NCBI GenBank assembly: GCA_965227295.1
Contig: OZ245742.1
Location: forward strand, 4,896,001 to 4,960,000
Length of the DNA stretch: 64,000 nucleotides
From: Leptonemataceae bacterium
GTDB lineage: Bacteria; Spirochaetota; Leptospiria; Leptospirales; Leptonemataceae
Direction of reading: 5' to 3'
Position numbers and translations under genes: made by a program. Below, one piece after another: positions 36,486-46,138 of the stretch; position 1 is the stretch's first letter, and every line of letters starts with the position of its first letter. A model generated the notes under the pieces. The model had not been told where the DNA came from. It saw only the letters and a list, made by a program, of their open reading frames with translations, and made no database searches.

Positions 36486-37151
36486 TCAGTACCCAATGCG
36501 CGCTTCTCGCGGCAACGAGCGTCGCGCCAGGCGTTCGGTGAGGATGATGAAGTCCGGATCCGTCTGCGCGCGGTCGAGCATGCCGGCGTCGATGAGTTGC
36601 AGAATGATGGTGCGCACCTCGGTCTTTTCGATGCCGATGGTGTCGTGGGCCCAGGCGGTGAAGTTCTTCTCGGAGACACTGCTGCCCTTGTAGGACTTCA
36701 TCCCCTGGGACTTCGCGAACCGCACGAGGGCGCCGACCACTAAGTTCATGCGATCTTTACTTAACAGATCGGCGATGACGCTGTCCGCTTCCCGGAGACG
36801 ATGGGTGAGCATGCGAATGACCTTGCCGGCGAACCCGGCGTTCTCGCGGATGAGTCGATCCAGGGCGTGATTGTCGATGGCGCAGACGAGCACGTCGGTC
36901 TTCGCCCGGGCCATGGCCGAGCGCGGCTTCTTGTCGACGAGGGCCATCTCACCGAAGATGTCGCCCTCTTTGAGTTCGCCGAGCATGCGCTGCGCCTGGC
37001 GGACGCGCTTGAGAATTTCCACCTCGCCTTTCAAGATGACGTACATCTCGTCGGCCGGATCGTTTTCTTTGAAGATGGTTTCGCCCGGATCGAAGCGCCG
37101 GCCGTGTTTATCGAGGAGTTCCTTCGAAATTTGCACGGTGCATGGAATCAC
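36486..37151 (-). CDS. Crp/Fnr family cyclic-nucleotide-binding protein
   Basis: GETIFKENDPADEMYVILKGEV, FGEMAL, PRSAMARA. Confidence 0.9.
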   Translation of the reverse strand: MIPCTVQISKELLDKHGRRFDPGETIFKENDPADEMYVILKGEVEILKRVRQAQRMLGELKEGDIFGEMALVDKKPRSAMARAKTDVLVCAIDNHALDRLIRENAGFAGKVIRMLTHRLREADSVIADLLSKDRMNLVVGALVRFAKSQGMKSYKGSSVSEKNFTAWAHDTIGIEKTEVRTIILQLIDAGMLDRAQTDPDFIILTERLARRSLPREARIGY

Positions 37152-37158
37152 GAGATGA

Positions 37159-37327
37159 TTCAGGAGACAACCGGGAAAATCTACAGGTCGAGGGGGTGGC
37201 GGAGGACCGAAAGCTCACCGGCAGGGCTGCCCGGAGGGTGGCCCGGTCGCCGCAGGCGGGCCGGTGAGCGGTCGCGCGTAGCGCGATTCGGGCCGGAGCC
37301 AGGGGGAGCGGAGCTCCCCCTCCTGAA
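37159..37327. repeat. Palindrome-rich intergenic element (MITE/REP-like)
   Basis: TTCAGGAG...CTCCTGAA ends; internal stems GCTCACCGGC/GCCGGTGAGC and AGGGGGAGC/GCTCCCCCT; GTCGCGCGTAGCGCGA shared with 62598. Confidence 0.5.
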
Positions 37328-37380
37328 AATTCTTATTCTTTTTTTCTTTGCAGGACGTCTGTGATGTTGATCTTTTTGCC

Positions 37381-39183
37381 ATGGCAAAGTTCGATCAACT
37401 CCGCGACGCCTGGACGGGGCGGTGGAACGAGGCGTTGAACCTCTGGTCGAACTACGTCAAACTCAGCACGCCACGCTTTTGCACGAACGAGGCCGAAGAA
37501 AAACGCGAGGGCCTCACCGGTTCCTTCGCCATGATCCGCCTCACCGACCACGCCGTCGTCATCTCGCTCGCCCAGGTCGCGCACTACGAACTCGAAGACT
37601 ATCCCCTGGAAATCCTGGGCCATGAGATCGGCCACCACGTCTACTGCCCCGGCGACCTGCTCGATCACGGCCGCATGATCGCCCGCATGCGTCGCGGGCT
37701 GCCGGAGCGCGAACACCTGGCGGGTTTCATCGCGAATCTGTACGCCGACCTGTTCATCAACGACCGCTTGCGGCGTTTGCATAACTTACGCATGGATGAT
37801 GTTTACAAAAACATCGCGAAGCAACAGAAACAGGACAGCGTCGATCCGTTGTGGAACTTCTACATGCGCATCTACGAAATTTTGTGGGGCCTGCCGCTGA
37901 AAACCCTGGTGTCGAAGAGTTTCGAGATGACTCCGGAACTCGAGGGCGATGCCCAACTCGGCAATCGCGTCATCCGTAACTACGCCGGCGACTGGCCGGG
38001 CGGGGCCGGTCGGTTCGCGGCGTTGTGCTATCCTTACATCGTACAGGACAACGGGGCCGCCGCGCAATCCATGCTCCGGCCGCTCATGGATTCTCAACAA
38101 CCCGGCGACGGCGACACGGTACCCGCCGGTCTCACCGAGATCGATCCGGAGGAACTGAGCGGGGCGATTCACCCCGCCCTGGATCCGGAGTTCGATCGCG
38201 CCGGCGACGGAGAGGAAGACGGCGTCGGCGGTGACAGCGAGGGTCCCGGCGGCAAACTCGATCCGAACGCGCAGGGCGGCGGACCGGGGCAGCACCGCGA
38301 GCCCTTCGAATACGGTCAGATCTTAAGATCACTTGGAATGGACTTAAGCGACGTGCAGGTGGCCGTGCGTTACTATCGCGAGCGGGCGGCGCCGCACCTG
38401 GTTTCGTTTCCGGTACGCGAGGTCGCCACGGCCGCGGACCCGTTGCCCGAGGGCCTGGACGTCTGGGATCCGGGCTCGCCCCTCGAACGCATCGACTGGA
38501 TCGAAACCGCCGTGCGCTCGCCGATCATCATTCCCGGCTTTACGACGTACGAACGCGTCTACGGAATCACCGAGGGCGGCGAACCCGAGGTCGAGCCCGT
38601 CGATCTGGATTTGTACGTCGACTGTTCCGGCTCCATGCCCAATCCGGCGCGGGCGGTTTCGTACCCGGCGCTGGCGGGGGCGATCATCGCGCTGTCCGCC
38701 CTGCGCGTGGGTTCCCGGGTCCAGGCGACGTTATGGTCCGGGGCGAAGCAGTTTCAGATTACCGACGGTTTCGTAAGTGACGAAGAAGCGATCTTAAGCA
38801 TCCTCTGCGGTTATCTCGGCGGCGGCACGGCCTTTCCCATTCACGTCCTCCGCGACACCTACGCGTCCCGCCGCGCGTCGGATCGTAAAGTGCACATTTT
38901 GATCATCTCCGACGACGGCGTGACGACGATGTTCAACAACGACGAACAACAAAACAGCGGCTGGGACATCGCCGCGCGGGCCCTGGCAGAGGCGGACGGC
39001 GGCGGCACGATGGTGTTGCAACTCTATCACGACGTTGATCGGAACCCGCAGCTCGTGAAGGCCGGCAAGATGGGCTGGGACATACATCGCATCGCGGGCT
39101 GGGACGATCTGACCGCCTTTGCCCGCGCTTTCAGTCGCAAACATTACGCCGCCGACACGGCCGCCGTCCGATCGGGCCGTTGA
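37381..39183 (+). CDS. VWA-domain protein with an N-terminal HExxH metallopeptidase-like motif
   Basis: GHEIGHH; MIDAS DCSGSM...GGGT...ISDD. Confidence 0.8.
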   Translation: MAKFDQLRDAWTGRWNEALNLWSNYVKLSTPRFCTNEAEEKREGLTGSFAMIRLTDHAVVISLAQVAHYELEDYPLEILGHEIGHHVYCPGDLLDHGRMIARMRRGLPEREHLAGFIANLYADLFINDRLRRLHNLRMDDVYKNIAKQQKQDSVDPLWNFYMRIYEILWGLPLKTLVSKSFEMTPELEGDAQLGNRVIRNYAGDWPGGAGRFAALCYPYIVQDNGAAAQSMLRPLMDSQQPGDGDTVPAGLTEIDPEELSGAIHPALDPEFDRAGDGEEDGVGGDSEGPGGKLDPNAQGGGPGQHREPFEYGQILRSLGMDLSDVQVAVRYYRERAAPHLVSFPVREVATAADPLPEGLDVWDPGSPLERIDWIETAVRSPIIIPGFTTYERVYGITEGGEPEVEPVDLDLYVDCSGSMPNPARAVSYPALAGAIIALSALRVGSRVQATLWSGAKQFQITDGFVSDEEAILSILCGYLGGGTAFPIHVLRDTYASRRASDRKVHILIISDDGVTTMFNNDEQQNSGWDIAARALAEADGGGTMVLQLYHDVDRNPQLVKAGKMGWDIHRIAGWDDLTAFARAFSRKHYAADTAAVRSGR

Positions 39184-39236
39184 ATCATACAAAAAAATCC
39201 TGGTGACCCTGGAGATGCATGCAACATAGTTAGCTC

Positions 39237-39851
39237 ATGGCGGACGGTCCCGACATCACCACGCTCACGAATCACCTGGCCGCGTGCCCGGCCGATTTTT
39301 TGCGCGAACCGGTCGTCGTGCATCGGAAAGAATCGCACGGTATCATCGAAACCGGAGCGGTGGTTTCCGACATTCTGCACGCCCTCGGCGGCGATCTTTT
39401 AGACGCCGCAACGGCCGCGGACTTTCGTTACACCGACAGCAAAGAACATCGCAATCATCTCCGGCTAATCCTCATCGCCTGTCACTTACTCAACGCCGAC
39501 TGTTTCACCGGCAGCAGCGATCGTCAGGAACGACCGCAACTGGCCGCAAAGGCGCGCGCCTGGCTTGAAAATGATTTAGGCCCGCTCGCGAACATCAGCA
39601 ACGCGCGGTCCTTCGTTACCGACGGCGAACGTCGCGAAGAACTCGTGCGCCGCTGCCTGGCCGCCCTCGAAATTCTGCCGGCCGGCGAATCCGCCAACGC
39701 CGCCCGGGATCGGCTGTCCACCCTGGATTCCATCGAACGCGAACGCGTCATTCAAGAAACTCGCAAGGCGCAGATCCGCGCGCAGAAACTCCGCGAAGAG
39801 ATGGCCCGCAAGCGCGCGGAAGAAGCGGCGTCGAAGATGATGCGGGAGTGA
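39237..39851 (+). CDS. Hypothetical protein with C-terminal coiled coil
   Basis: Intact 204-aa ORF with typical codon usage; charged helical C-terminus. Confidence 0.75.
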   Translation: MADGPDITTLTNHLAACPADFLREPVVVHRKESHGIIETGAVVSDILHALGGDLLDAATAADFRYTDSKEHRNHLRLILIACHLLNADCFTGSSDRQERPQLAAKARAWLENDLGPLANISNARSFVTDGERREELVRRCLAALEILPAGESANAARDRLSTLDSIERERVIQETRKAQIRAQKLREEMARKRAEEAASKMMRE

Positions 39852-39852
39852 A

Positions 39853-40941
39853 TCACGGTTCGCGCATCACAACGTGATACGTACCCCCATTTGCTCCTTG
39901 AATCAGGAAGTAATCCGCGTCCGCACAACGAAGGTTTCGAATCAGTTTTGCGATGCGGCCCGGCATTCGGCCGCGCAGGAATCCCGGGCGGCCGGAAAAA
40001 CTGTAGAACTCAGTACCCTCACGGGCACCGACCGATAAATGCAGACCGACTGAAGTTCCGAAGATGCGAACGTCTTCCTGTTCTCTGTCCACTGCCGCGT
40101 CCAATACGGCAGCGACTTCCACTATGTGACAGGGATGATACAAAGCATATGTACGCTCCGGACTGAACTTACGATTCATCGCAGTCAGAATCGCAACAAC
40201 CGTAATAAAACAGAAACTCGCAGTTCCGTACCATCCGGAGGGAAGAACGCCGGCGACACTGGAAGCCCCGGCAAAGCCCGTGAGAACCCAGGAAGTCCAC
40301 TGGGCCTCGGAAAAACCCATCCAGTAGGGCCGATCCGTATCGCCACGCAGGAATTCGAGACAAAAGCGCGTAGCACCGTAGGCTTCGGTATACCAGAGCA
40401 AGGTGTAACCGGGGGAAGCATTGAGTATAAGATAGACTCCGTATCCGGTGATACAGGAAGCAAGCACTGCTTCGATTATCTGTACCGGAAAGAGCGGAAC
40501 ACCCTCATAACATGATGGAATACCGTGTTTCGTATGGGCCTTTGAATATAACACTCCATGCCTGGCGGGACGGCCGTGGCAACAGCCGGCCAGAAGACAG
40601 CCGACACGAAGGCAACTGATCACACATCCGACACATACCAGGACGATGTCCAGGAATGACTCGAAGGGCGCATCCATGATCCATAGCACCACCGCAGCGA
40701 AGCAAAGGACACCGATTTCATGGTGATAGTAGACAATCTGTTCGTAGCCGGTGAGAAGCCTCGTACCGAGAATGACTACGAAAATCGCGCTGATCGACGC
40801 AACCGTCAATGCGATCCCGACCCCGAGAGAGAGCCCGCGCACATTCACCATCCATAGTCCCACAACGACGGCGAGGCTGATACCAATCAAGCCGAACAAC
40901 CGATACGGCGCGACCGGCATCTCAGGTATCCTGAATCGCAT
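39853..40941 (-). CDS. Lgt-like (prolipoprotein diacylglyceryl transferase family) membrane protein
   Basis: RVGCLLAGCCHG, FPVQIIEA, RFCLEFLRGD, SEAQW motifs; multiple TM segments. Confidence 0.7.
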   Translation of the reverse strand: MRFRIPEMPVAPYRLFGLIGISLAVVVGLWMVNVRGLSLGVGIALTVASISAIFVVILGTRLLTGYEQIVYYHHEIGVLCFAAVVLWIMDAPFESFLDIVLVCVGCVISCLRVGCLLAGCCHGRPARHGVLYSKAHTKHGIPSCYEGVPLFPVQIIEAVLASCITGYGVYLILNASPGYTLLWYTEAYGATRFCLEFLRGDTDRPYWMGFSEAQWTSWVLTGFAGASSVAGVLPSGWYGTASFCFITVVAILTAMNRKFSPERTYALYHPCHIVEVAAVLDAAVDREQEDVRIFGTSVGLHLSVGAREGTEFYSFSGRPGFLRGRMPGRIAKLIRNLRCADADYFLIQGANGGTYHVVMREP

Positions 40942-40947
40942 GACGTT

Positions 40948-42450
40948 TTATCTGCCTGGTATGGCGCGCAGGATCGGGTCGAGACTCGTGGCGGGACGAT
41001 CAGTGCGATGATCATACAACGGGATCGTCATATCGAGAAGCGAGCGATAGTTCGGCTGATCGAAGAATGTACTCACCGCCGCCTCATCGAATACAAACGT
41101 AACTGCCTCGCTGTTCGGAATCGGATCGGTTCGCCGCACGAACTCGGTTTGAACCACACCGCGCTGCTGAAGAAAATAGTACAGCCGGGCCTTACGCCAC
41201 CTGGCTTTATCGCCGGTCTTCACGTCGAGATTGATGTCGGCCGTAGCACGCTCTCGACCGATGGGGCTGCCCGCCCCCTGACCCATGAATCCAGGAATCG
41301 GGTTTTTGGATAAATCTTCCGGAAGGGTCGCGGCGAGGTTCTTCGTGTCGGCAACGCGGTCCCCACGCTCCTCGCCGGCTCGCCCTTCGATCTTGGCCAG
41401 GTTCGCGTTGTACCAGTTCCCATGACGGTTTCTGTTAGCACGATTCCGATAGCCGTTAGAGCCGTTGAGGGCGGTGTTGAATGCCGTCATTGGAACGGAT
41501 TCGGATTCCGCGGTCGCGTTTTGCAGGGCGTAATTTTCCTTACTGAAGATCAATCGATTGATGTAGGCCCAGATGATAAGATTTCTTTGAGGATACGGCC
41601 CCTCGCTCATTGCTACGGCGGCCAGGGCATTCTGTTGATCCGCGGTCAAGGCAAGCCGTCCAGGAGCCGCGAACTTCTCGCTCTGTTTTTCCTTGATGGA
41701 ACTCAAGTCACCGCGCTGTACAGCTTGAAATTCCGCAGCGGTAATTCCGAACGGATACGGAATTCGGAGCTTCCATCCACGGCCGATGAAACTCTCCCGT
41801 CCGGTACCGATCCGCGGATACTGCGCCCGATTCACGCGAATCAAGAGCGCCAGCGACACGTTGAAACGTTCCGCAATATCCTTGAGGCGCTCGTTCGCGC
41901 GAACGGTATACTCGGTGCGAATCTCCGGCGGACGATCCTTCTGTTCCGTTTCTTCTTCAGGGGCCCGCCGGCACGATTGAATCTGTAAACCGGACTTAAG
42001 ACGGGGCTTAATATTTCCCGCAATACCCTTAACACCGGACCACAGTCGACTTACCACTCCAACTGCGCTACGATCCGCATCGTGCTCCAACGCACCGCCG
42101 GTCTCCGCACGGCTTTTTGCCTGTGCAGCGTTGGTATTCCCCTGGCCTTGCTGCTGTAAAGTATGGGCCAGCTCATGTGCCAACAAGCCGTCGCCTACCG
42201 GCGTCCCCGGCCGATATTCACCGTTATCAAATGCGATATGATTCCCCATGGTCACTGCACGAGCATTGTACTTCGCTGCCGCGTCGCGCCCCGCAGAATC
42301 GGTATGAATCCGAACGCCGGAAAAATCCTCCCCGAACGCATGCTCCATACGCTGGCGTGTTGTCGAATCAAGGGGCCGTCCCCCTTTAAATGAATGGCTC
42401 GACTTCCGGTAGCGCCCGGCGCCTTTATCATTTGAAGCATACGATTTCAT
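40948..42450 (-). CDS. DUF4157 (eCIS core) + LysM + putative cell-wall-hydrolase-like effector
   Basis: GRPLD..RMEHAFGEDFSGVRIHTD..ARAVTMG..LLAHELAHTLQQ..LEHDAD; LysM YTVRANERLKDIAERFNVS; LAAVAMSEG..WAYINR. Start at MKSYAS (RBS GAGG). Confidence 0.8.
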   Translation of the reverse strand: MKSYASNDKGAGRYRKSSHSFKGGRPLDSTTRQRMEHAFGEDFSGVRIHTDSAGRDAAAKYNARAVTMGNHIAFDNGEYRPGTPVGDGLLAHELAHTLQQQGQGNTNAAQAKSRAETGGALEHDADRSAVGVVSRLWSGVKGIAGNIKPRLKSGLQIQSCRRAPEEETEQKDRPPEIRTEYTVRANERLKDIAERFNVSLALLIRVNRAQYPRIGTGRESFIGRGWKLRIPYPFGITAAEFQAVQRGDLSSIKEKQSEKFAAPGRLALTADQQNALAAVAMSEGPYPQRNLIIWAYINRLIFSKENYALQNATAESESVPMTAFNTALNGSNGYRNRANRNRHGNWYNANLAKIEGRAGEERGDRVADTKNLAATLPEDLSKNPIPGFMGQGAGSPIGRERATADINLDVKTGDKARWRKARLYYFLQQRGVVQTEFVRRTDPIPNSEAVTFVFDEAAVSTFFDQPNYRSLLDMTIPLYDHRTDRPATSLDPILRAIPGR

Positions 42451-42651
42451 AGACACCTCTGCACAGTCTCCCGATCCACCTAAAATCAGCCTCCCCTGGG
42501 ATTCGCAGCGCTGCAAGCAAGACCGCAGGCAGATCACTGGTAACTTCTCAATAACATCAAGTTCACTGCATCCTGTGCAACAGTGCCCGGCTCCTCCTGT
42601 AGAATCTTAAATTTTCTCTTGCCGTTTCGGTCCTACCGCAAAAAATCCTGT

Positions 42652-44142
42652 ATGGCCCCAGGCATTCCACCGGACCTGCTCGAACGCGTCCCCCTGTGCC
42701 GCCCCGAATGGGTGCCGACCTATCTGCGCCTCATTGAACACGACGACGCGCCGAAGTGGAACACCCGGGTGGGCGATCGCCTGGAAGCAGCGGACCTGGA
42801 CGCCGTCGGCAAATTCGCCGATCGTCTTAACACACAGCGCCGGAAAGTTAGCGGACCGTCCCTGGAGTTACCGGCCTGGATCGAAGAACGCGCGCGCTAC
42901 TCGCAGCACTTTCGGGAACGCCTGGAAAGCGCCGCCGAAAGCGTGCGCGCACGCGACGGCCGCGCCTTCGATCTGGTACGGGATTTCAGCGACATCGCCC
43001 CCATGGAACGCGAGGACCTGGCGCTGCGCCTGGAGCGCGTCGTGCCCACGGACATGGACGCGGAGTTCTCGCGCATCGTGGTGAATCCGACGTCCGGCAC
43101 CACGGGCCACCCCATCCCCGCGCCGAATCATCCCCGCGCCGTGGGTTGTTACGACGTTTTCGTGAAGTTCATTCTGGAAAAACACGGAGCCCGCGTAGAT
43201 TACGATCACCGTAACGTTGCCGCACTGCAACTTTGCGCCCAGCGCGAAACAACGACCTACGCCACGGTGCACGCCGCCGCGAATGGAGCCGGCTTCGCGA
43301 AGATCAACATCGAGGCCCACGCCTGGCGCGAGCCGGGGGCGCCGGGGCGCTACATCGAAGCCATGGAGCCGTTCTTCTTAACCGGCGATCCCTACGCCTT
43401 TGCGGTGATGATGCGGCGGAAACTCATCACGCCGTCGTCGTATCGTCCCGGGGCGCTCATCTCCACGGCCCTGGGCCTGCACGCCGGCCTGCGTTCCGAA
43501 CTTGCGGCGGACCTGGGCTGCCCGGTGATCGACGTCTACTCGTTGAACGAAACCGGGCCGCTGGCCTGCGCGGTGCCGCCGAAGGATCGGACCGCGACCG
43601 GTACGGACGCGACGGAGTTCGTCCAGCTGCCCCACGACGTTTACATCGAAGCGGTGGATCCGGAAACGGGCCGGCCGGTACCCGAGGGCGAAGTCGGCGA
43701 ACTCCTGGTAAGCGGCGGGCGCAATCCGTTTCTGCCGCTGCTTCGCTATCGAACCGGAGACTTCGGCCGCATTGTCTACAACCACAACGGTACCGACCCC
43801 ATGCCGCGCCTCTTTCTCGAACACGCGCGCCGGCTCGTGCTCTTCGAGGACATCTCCGGAGAAAGCGTCAATCCCATCGACATCGCGCGCATCTTACGGC
43901 GCTATCCCATCGTGCAGCATCGTTTCGTGCAACGCGCGGATCGTTCGTGCGATCTGGAGTTGCGCATCCACGGCGAAGAAGATTACTTCGCGCGTTCCTA
44001 CGAGGCGGAGATCCTGGGGCGCATCGGCGAGCTGTTCACCGCCGGAGGTTCTGCTAAACTTCCGATTCGTGTACGTTACGGCATCGACGAGGCGGACGTC
44101 ACGGCGGCCGGTAAGATTGCCGCGCCGTTTGTTAAGGAGTGA
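42652..44142 (+). CDS. Phenylacetate-CoA ligase-like / CapK-family adenylate-forming enzyme
   Basis: TSGTTGHP, DVYSLNETG, LPLLRYRTGD. Confidence 0.8.
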   Translation: MAPGIPPDLLERVPLCRPEWVPTYLRLIEHDDAPKWNTRVGDRLEAADLDAVGKFADRLNTQRRKVSGPSLELPAWIEERARYSQHFRERLESAAESVRARDGRAFDLVRDFSDIAPMEREDLALRLERVVPTDMDAEFSRIVVNPTSGTTGHPIPAPNHPRAVGCYDVFVKFILEKHGARVDYDHRNVAALQLCAQRETTTYATVHAAANGAGFAKINIEAHAWREPGAPGRYIEAMEPFFLTGDPYAFAVMMRRKLITPSSYRPGALISTALGLHAGLRSELAADLGCPVIDVYSLNETGPLACAVPPKDRTATGTDATEFVQLPHDVYIEAVDPETGRPVPEGEVGELLVSGGRNPFLPLLRYRTGDFGRIVYNHNGTDPMPRLFLEHARRLVLFEDISGESVNPIDIARILRRYPIVQHRFVQRADRSCDLELRIHGEEDYFARSYEAEILGRIGELFTAGGSAKLPIRVRYGIDEADVTAAGKIAAPFVKE

Positions 44143-44171
44143 GCGCGCTCCGTAGCAGAATCCACGCAGCC

Positions 44172-44678
44172 TCACATCGTTCGCCGTTTCCACCACCACC
44201 AGACGAACACCAGGCCGACGATCACGAGCAACACAAAGGGCCCGGCCGTGCGAAAGGCGTAGGCCTCGTTGGCCGTGCGCCGCGCTTCGATCATTTTCGG
44301 CGACCAGTACTGCAGCACGCTACTCTGCCAGCGAAACGTGGCGGGGTCTTTCGGAAGATAGACGATGTCTACCGCATCGCCGGGTTGCACCGTAAGCCGC
44401 GCGCGATTTTCCGCGCTGAGATACTCTTTGTAACGATACGTTTCACCCTCGTGCGTGAACGCAAAGGCCGCCTCGAAGTGCTCGCCGCGTTCGTGTTTCG
44501 CGGGCGGCGCGGCCTCGACGCTTTCCAGCACACCGCGCCCCGCGGTGCCGCTTTCCCGCAATTCCGTCATGACGGCCTGGTAGTGCCGGGCGCCGGCGAA
44601 GGCCGTAAGGTACAATCGCAGGCCCAGCAGGCCGAGTAAGATAAAACACAGACCGAGAATCAAACGCCAGTATCGCAT
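44172..44678 (-). CDS. DUF3592-like membrane protein
   Basis: N- and C-terminal TM helices around F.HEGETY and PGDAVDIVYLPKDP. Confidence 0.6.
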   Translation of the reverse strand: MRYWRLILGLCFILLGLLGLRLYLTAFAGARHYQAVMTELRESGTAGRGVLESVEAAPPAKHERGEHFEAAFAFTHEGETYRYKEYLSAENRARLTVQPGDAVDIVYLPKDPATFRWQSSVLQYWSPKMIEARRTANEAYAFRTAGPFVLLVIVGLVFVWWWWKRRTM

Positions 44679-44707
44679 GCGGACAAAATCCTGGTTGCCC
44701 TGCGTCG

Positions 44708-45745
44708 TTGCAATTCGATTCTCGTTCCGTGTCCCGCCCGAGCACCGGCCTCATCATCGGCAAGTTCCTGCCGCCGCACCAGGGCCACCTGCATCTCATC
44801 GACACCGCCCGCGCGCAGGTCGACCACCTAACCGTGCTTGTGTGTACATTAGCCCGAGAACCCATCCCCGGGCACCTGCGCCACGCATGGCTCACGGAAA
44901 TCTATAAGGACGCGCTGAACGTCACGATCGTCCACAATCCCGACGAAAACCCCCAGGAACCGCACGAACATCCGGACTTCTGGAACATCTGGAAAACCAG
45001 CATCGAACGGCATCACGCGCAGCCCATCGACAAACTTTTCTCCAGCGAACATTACGGTTTCGAACTGGCAAAACACCTGAACTGCCGGCATGTACCGGTG
45101 GACATCGAGCGCAGCACCGTTACGATTTCCGGCACGGCCGTCCGCCGGCATCCCGGGGCGTTGTGGGACTTTATTCCGGAAGTCGTGCGACCGTACTTTC
45201 TCCGGCGCGTCGTCATCACCGGCTCCGAGAGCACCGGCAAAAGCACGCTGGCCCGGCGCCTCGCCGAACACTTCAATACGCACCAGGTCCACGAGTACGC
45301 CCGCGAGTATCTCGAAGGCCTGGGCGTGCACGTGGACGATCTCAAACCGGAGCACATTCCCGACATCGCTCGCGGCCACACGGCCCTGGAGGATCATCTC
45401 GCCGCGACGGCCAACCGCGTTTTGTTCCTCGATACGGATCTCATCGTTACGAAGATATACGCCGAACATTACTTCGGCGAGTGTCCGGAGTTCATCAAAG
45501 CGGAAGCCCGCGCGCGTCGGTATGATCTGCACTTGTTGTTATCACCGGACGTCCCCTGGGTCGAGGACTCCCTGCGCAACCTGGCCGACGAACGCGACGT
45601 GATTCACGCAAAGGTCACGGCGGAACTCGAAAATCATGACTGCAACGTGCGCGTGATTTCCGGCGATTGGGAGGAACGCTTCGCGACGGCCGTACGACAC
45701 GTCGATGATCTGCTGATGCAACCGATGGCCGGCGTCGAACTCTAA
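44708..45745 (+). CDS. nadR: NadR-like NMN adenylyltransferase / ribosylnicotinamide kinase (no HTH)
   Basis: GKFLPPHQGH nucleotidyltransferase motif, SGTAVR, P-loop GSESTGKST, DTD, PDVPWVEDSLR. Confidence 0.85.
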   Translation: MQFDSRSVSRPSTGLIIGKFLPPHQGHLHLIDTARAQVDHLTVLVCTLAREPIPGHLRHAWLTEIYKDALNVTIVHNPDENPQEPHEHPDFWNIWKTSIERHHAQPIDKLFSSEHYGFELAKHLNCRHVPVDIERSTVTISGTAVRRHPGALWDFIPEVVRPYFLRRVVITGSESTGKSTLARRLAEHFNTHQVHEYAREYLEGLGVHVDDLKPEHIPDIARGHTALEDHLAATANRVLFLDTDLIVTKIYAEHYFGECPEFIKAEARARRYDLHLLLSPDVPWVEDSLRNLADERDVIHAKVTAELENHDCNVRVISGDWEERFATAVRHVDDLLMQPMAGVEL

Positions 45746-45808
45746 GCCGCGAACCCGCACCCGCTCCGCCCCGCGGATAGAGCGGGGCTCCGGGAGCTTG
45801 CTGGATCT

Positions 45809-46120
45809 TTACGAAGAAGACGCCGTTCCGGTCCGCCATACCACGTTCCCCGGCATCACCTCCGCGCGTCAGTTGGAACCAGCTGTACCCAAAAAAGTCT
45901 TAATCCAGACTGGCCTTAACTTACACCACGATTCGGGGCATCGCTCGAACGAATGAAACGTTCCGGTAGCTCAAGAGCTGCGGTTCGTAACGGTTGCCGC
46001 GAGTAACATAAAGTAGGTTGCACAACCGTGAAGGGCCTTTTTTGGCTACGGCTGAGCGGGAGTTGTGGTGATTCGTTTTGCAAAGATTGTCCGCATCGAC
46101 CCGGACGTCGGTTTGTGACT
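45809..46120 (+). ncRNA. Candidate structured RNA / repeat, copy 1
   Basis: Degenerate direct repeat of 46139-46449 (period ~330 nt) with several conserved stems; G-U pairs favour the + strand. Confidence 0.55.
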
Positions 46121-46138
46121 CAGCGATCGGAACGTTTC

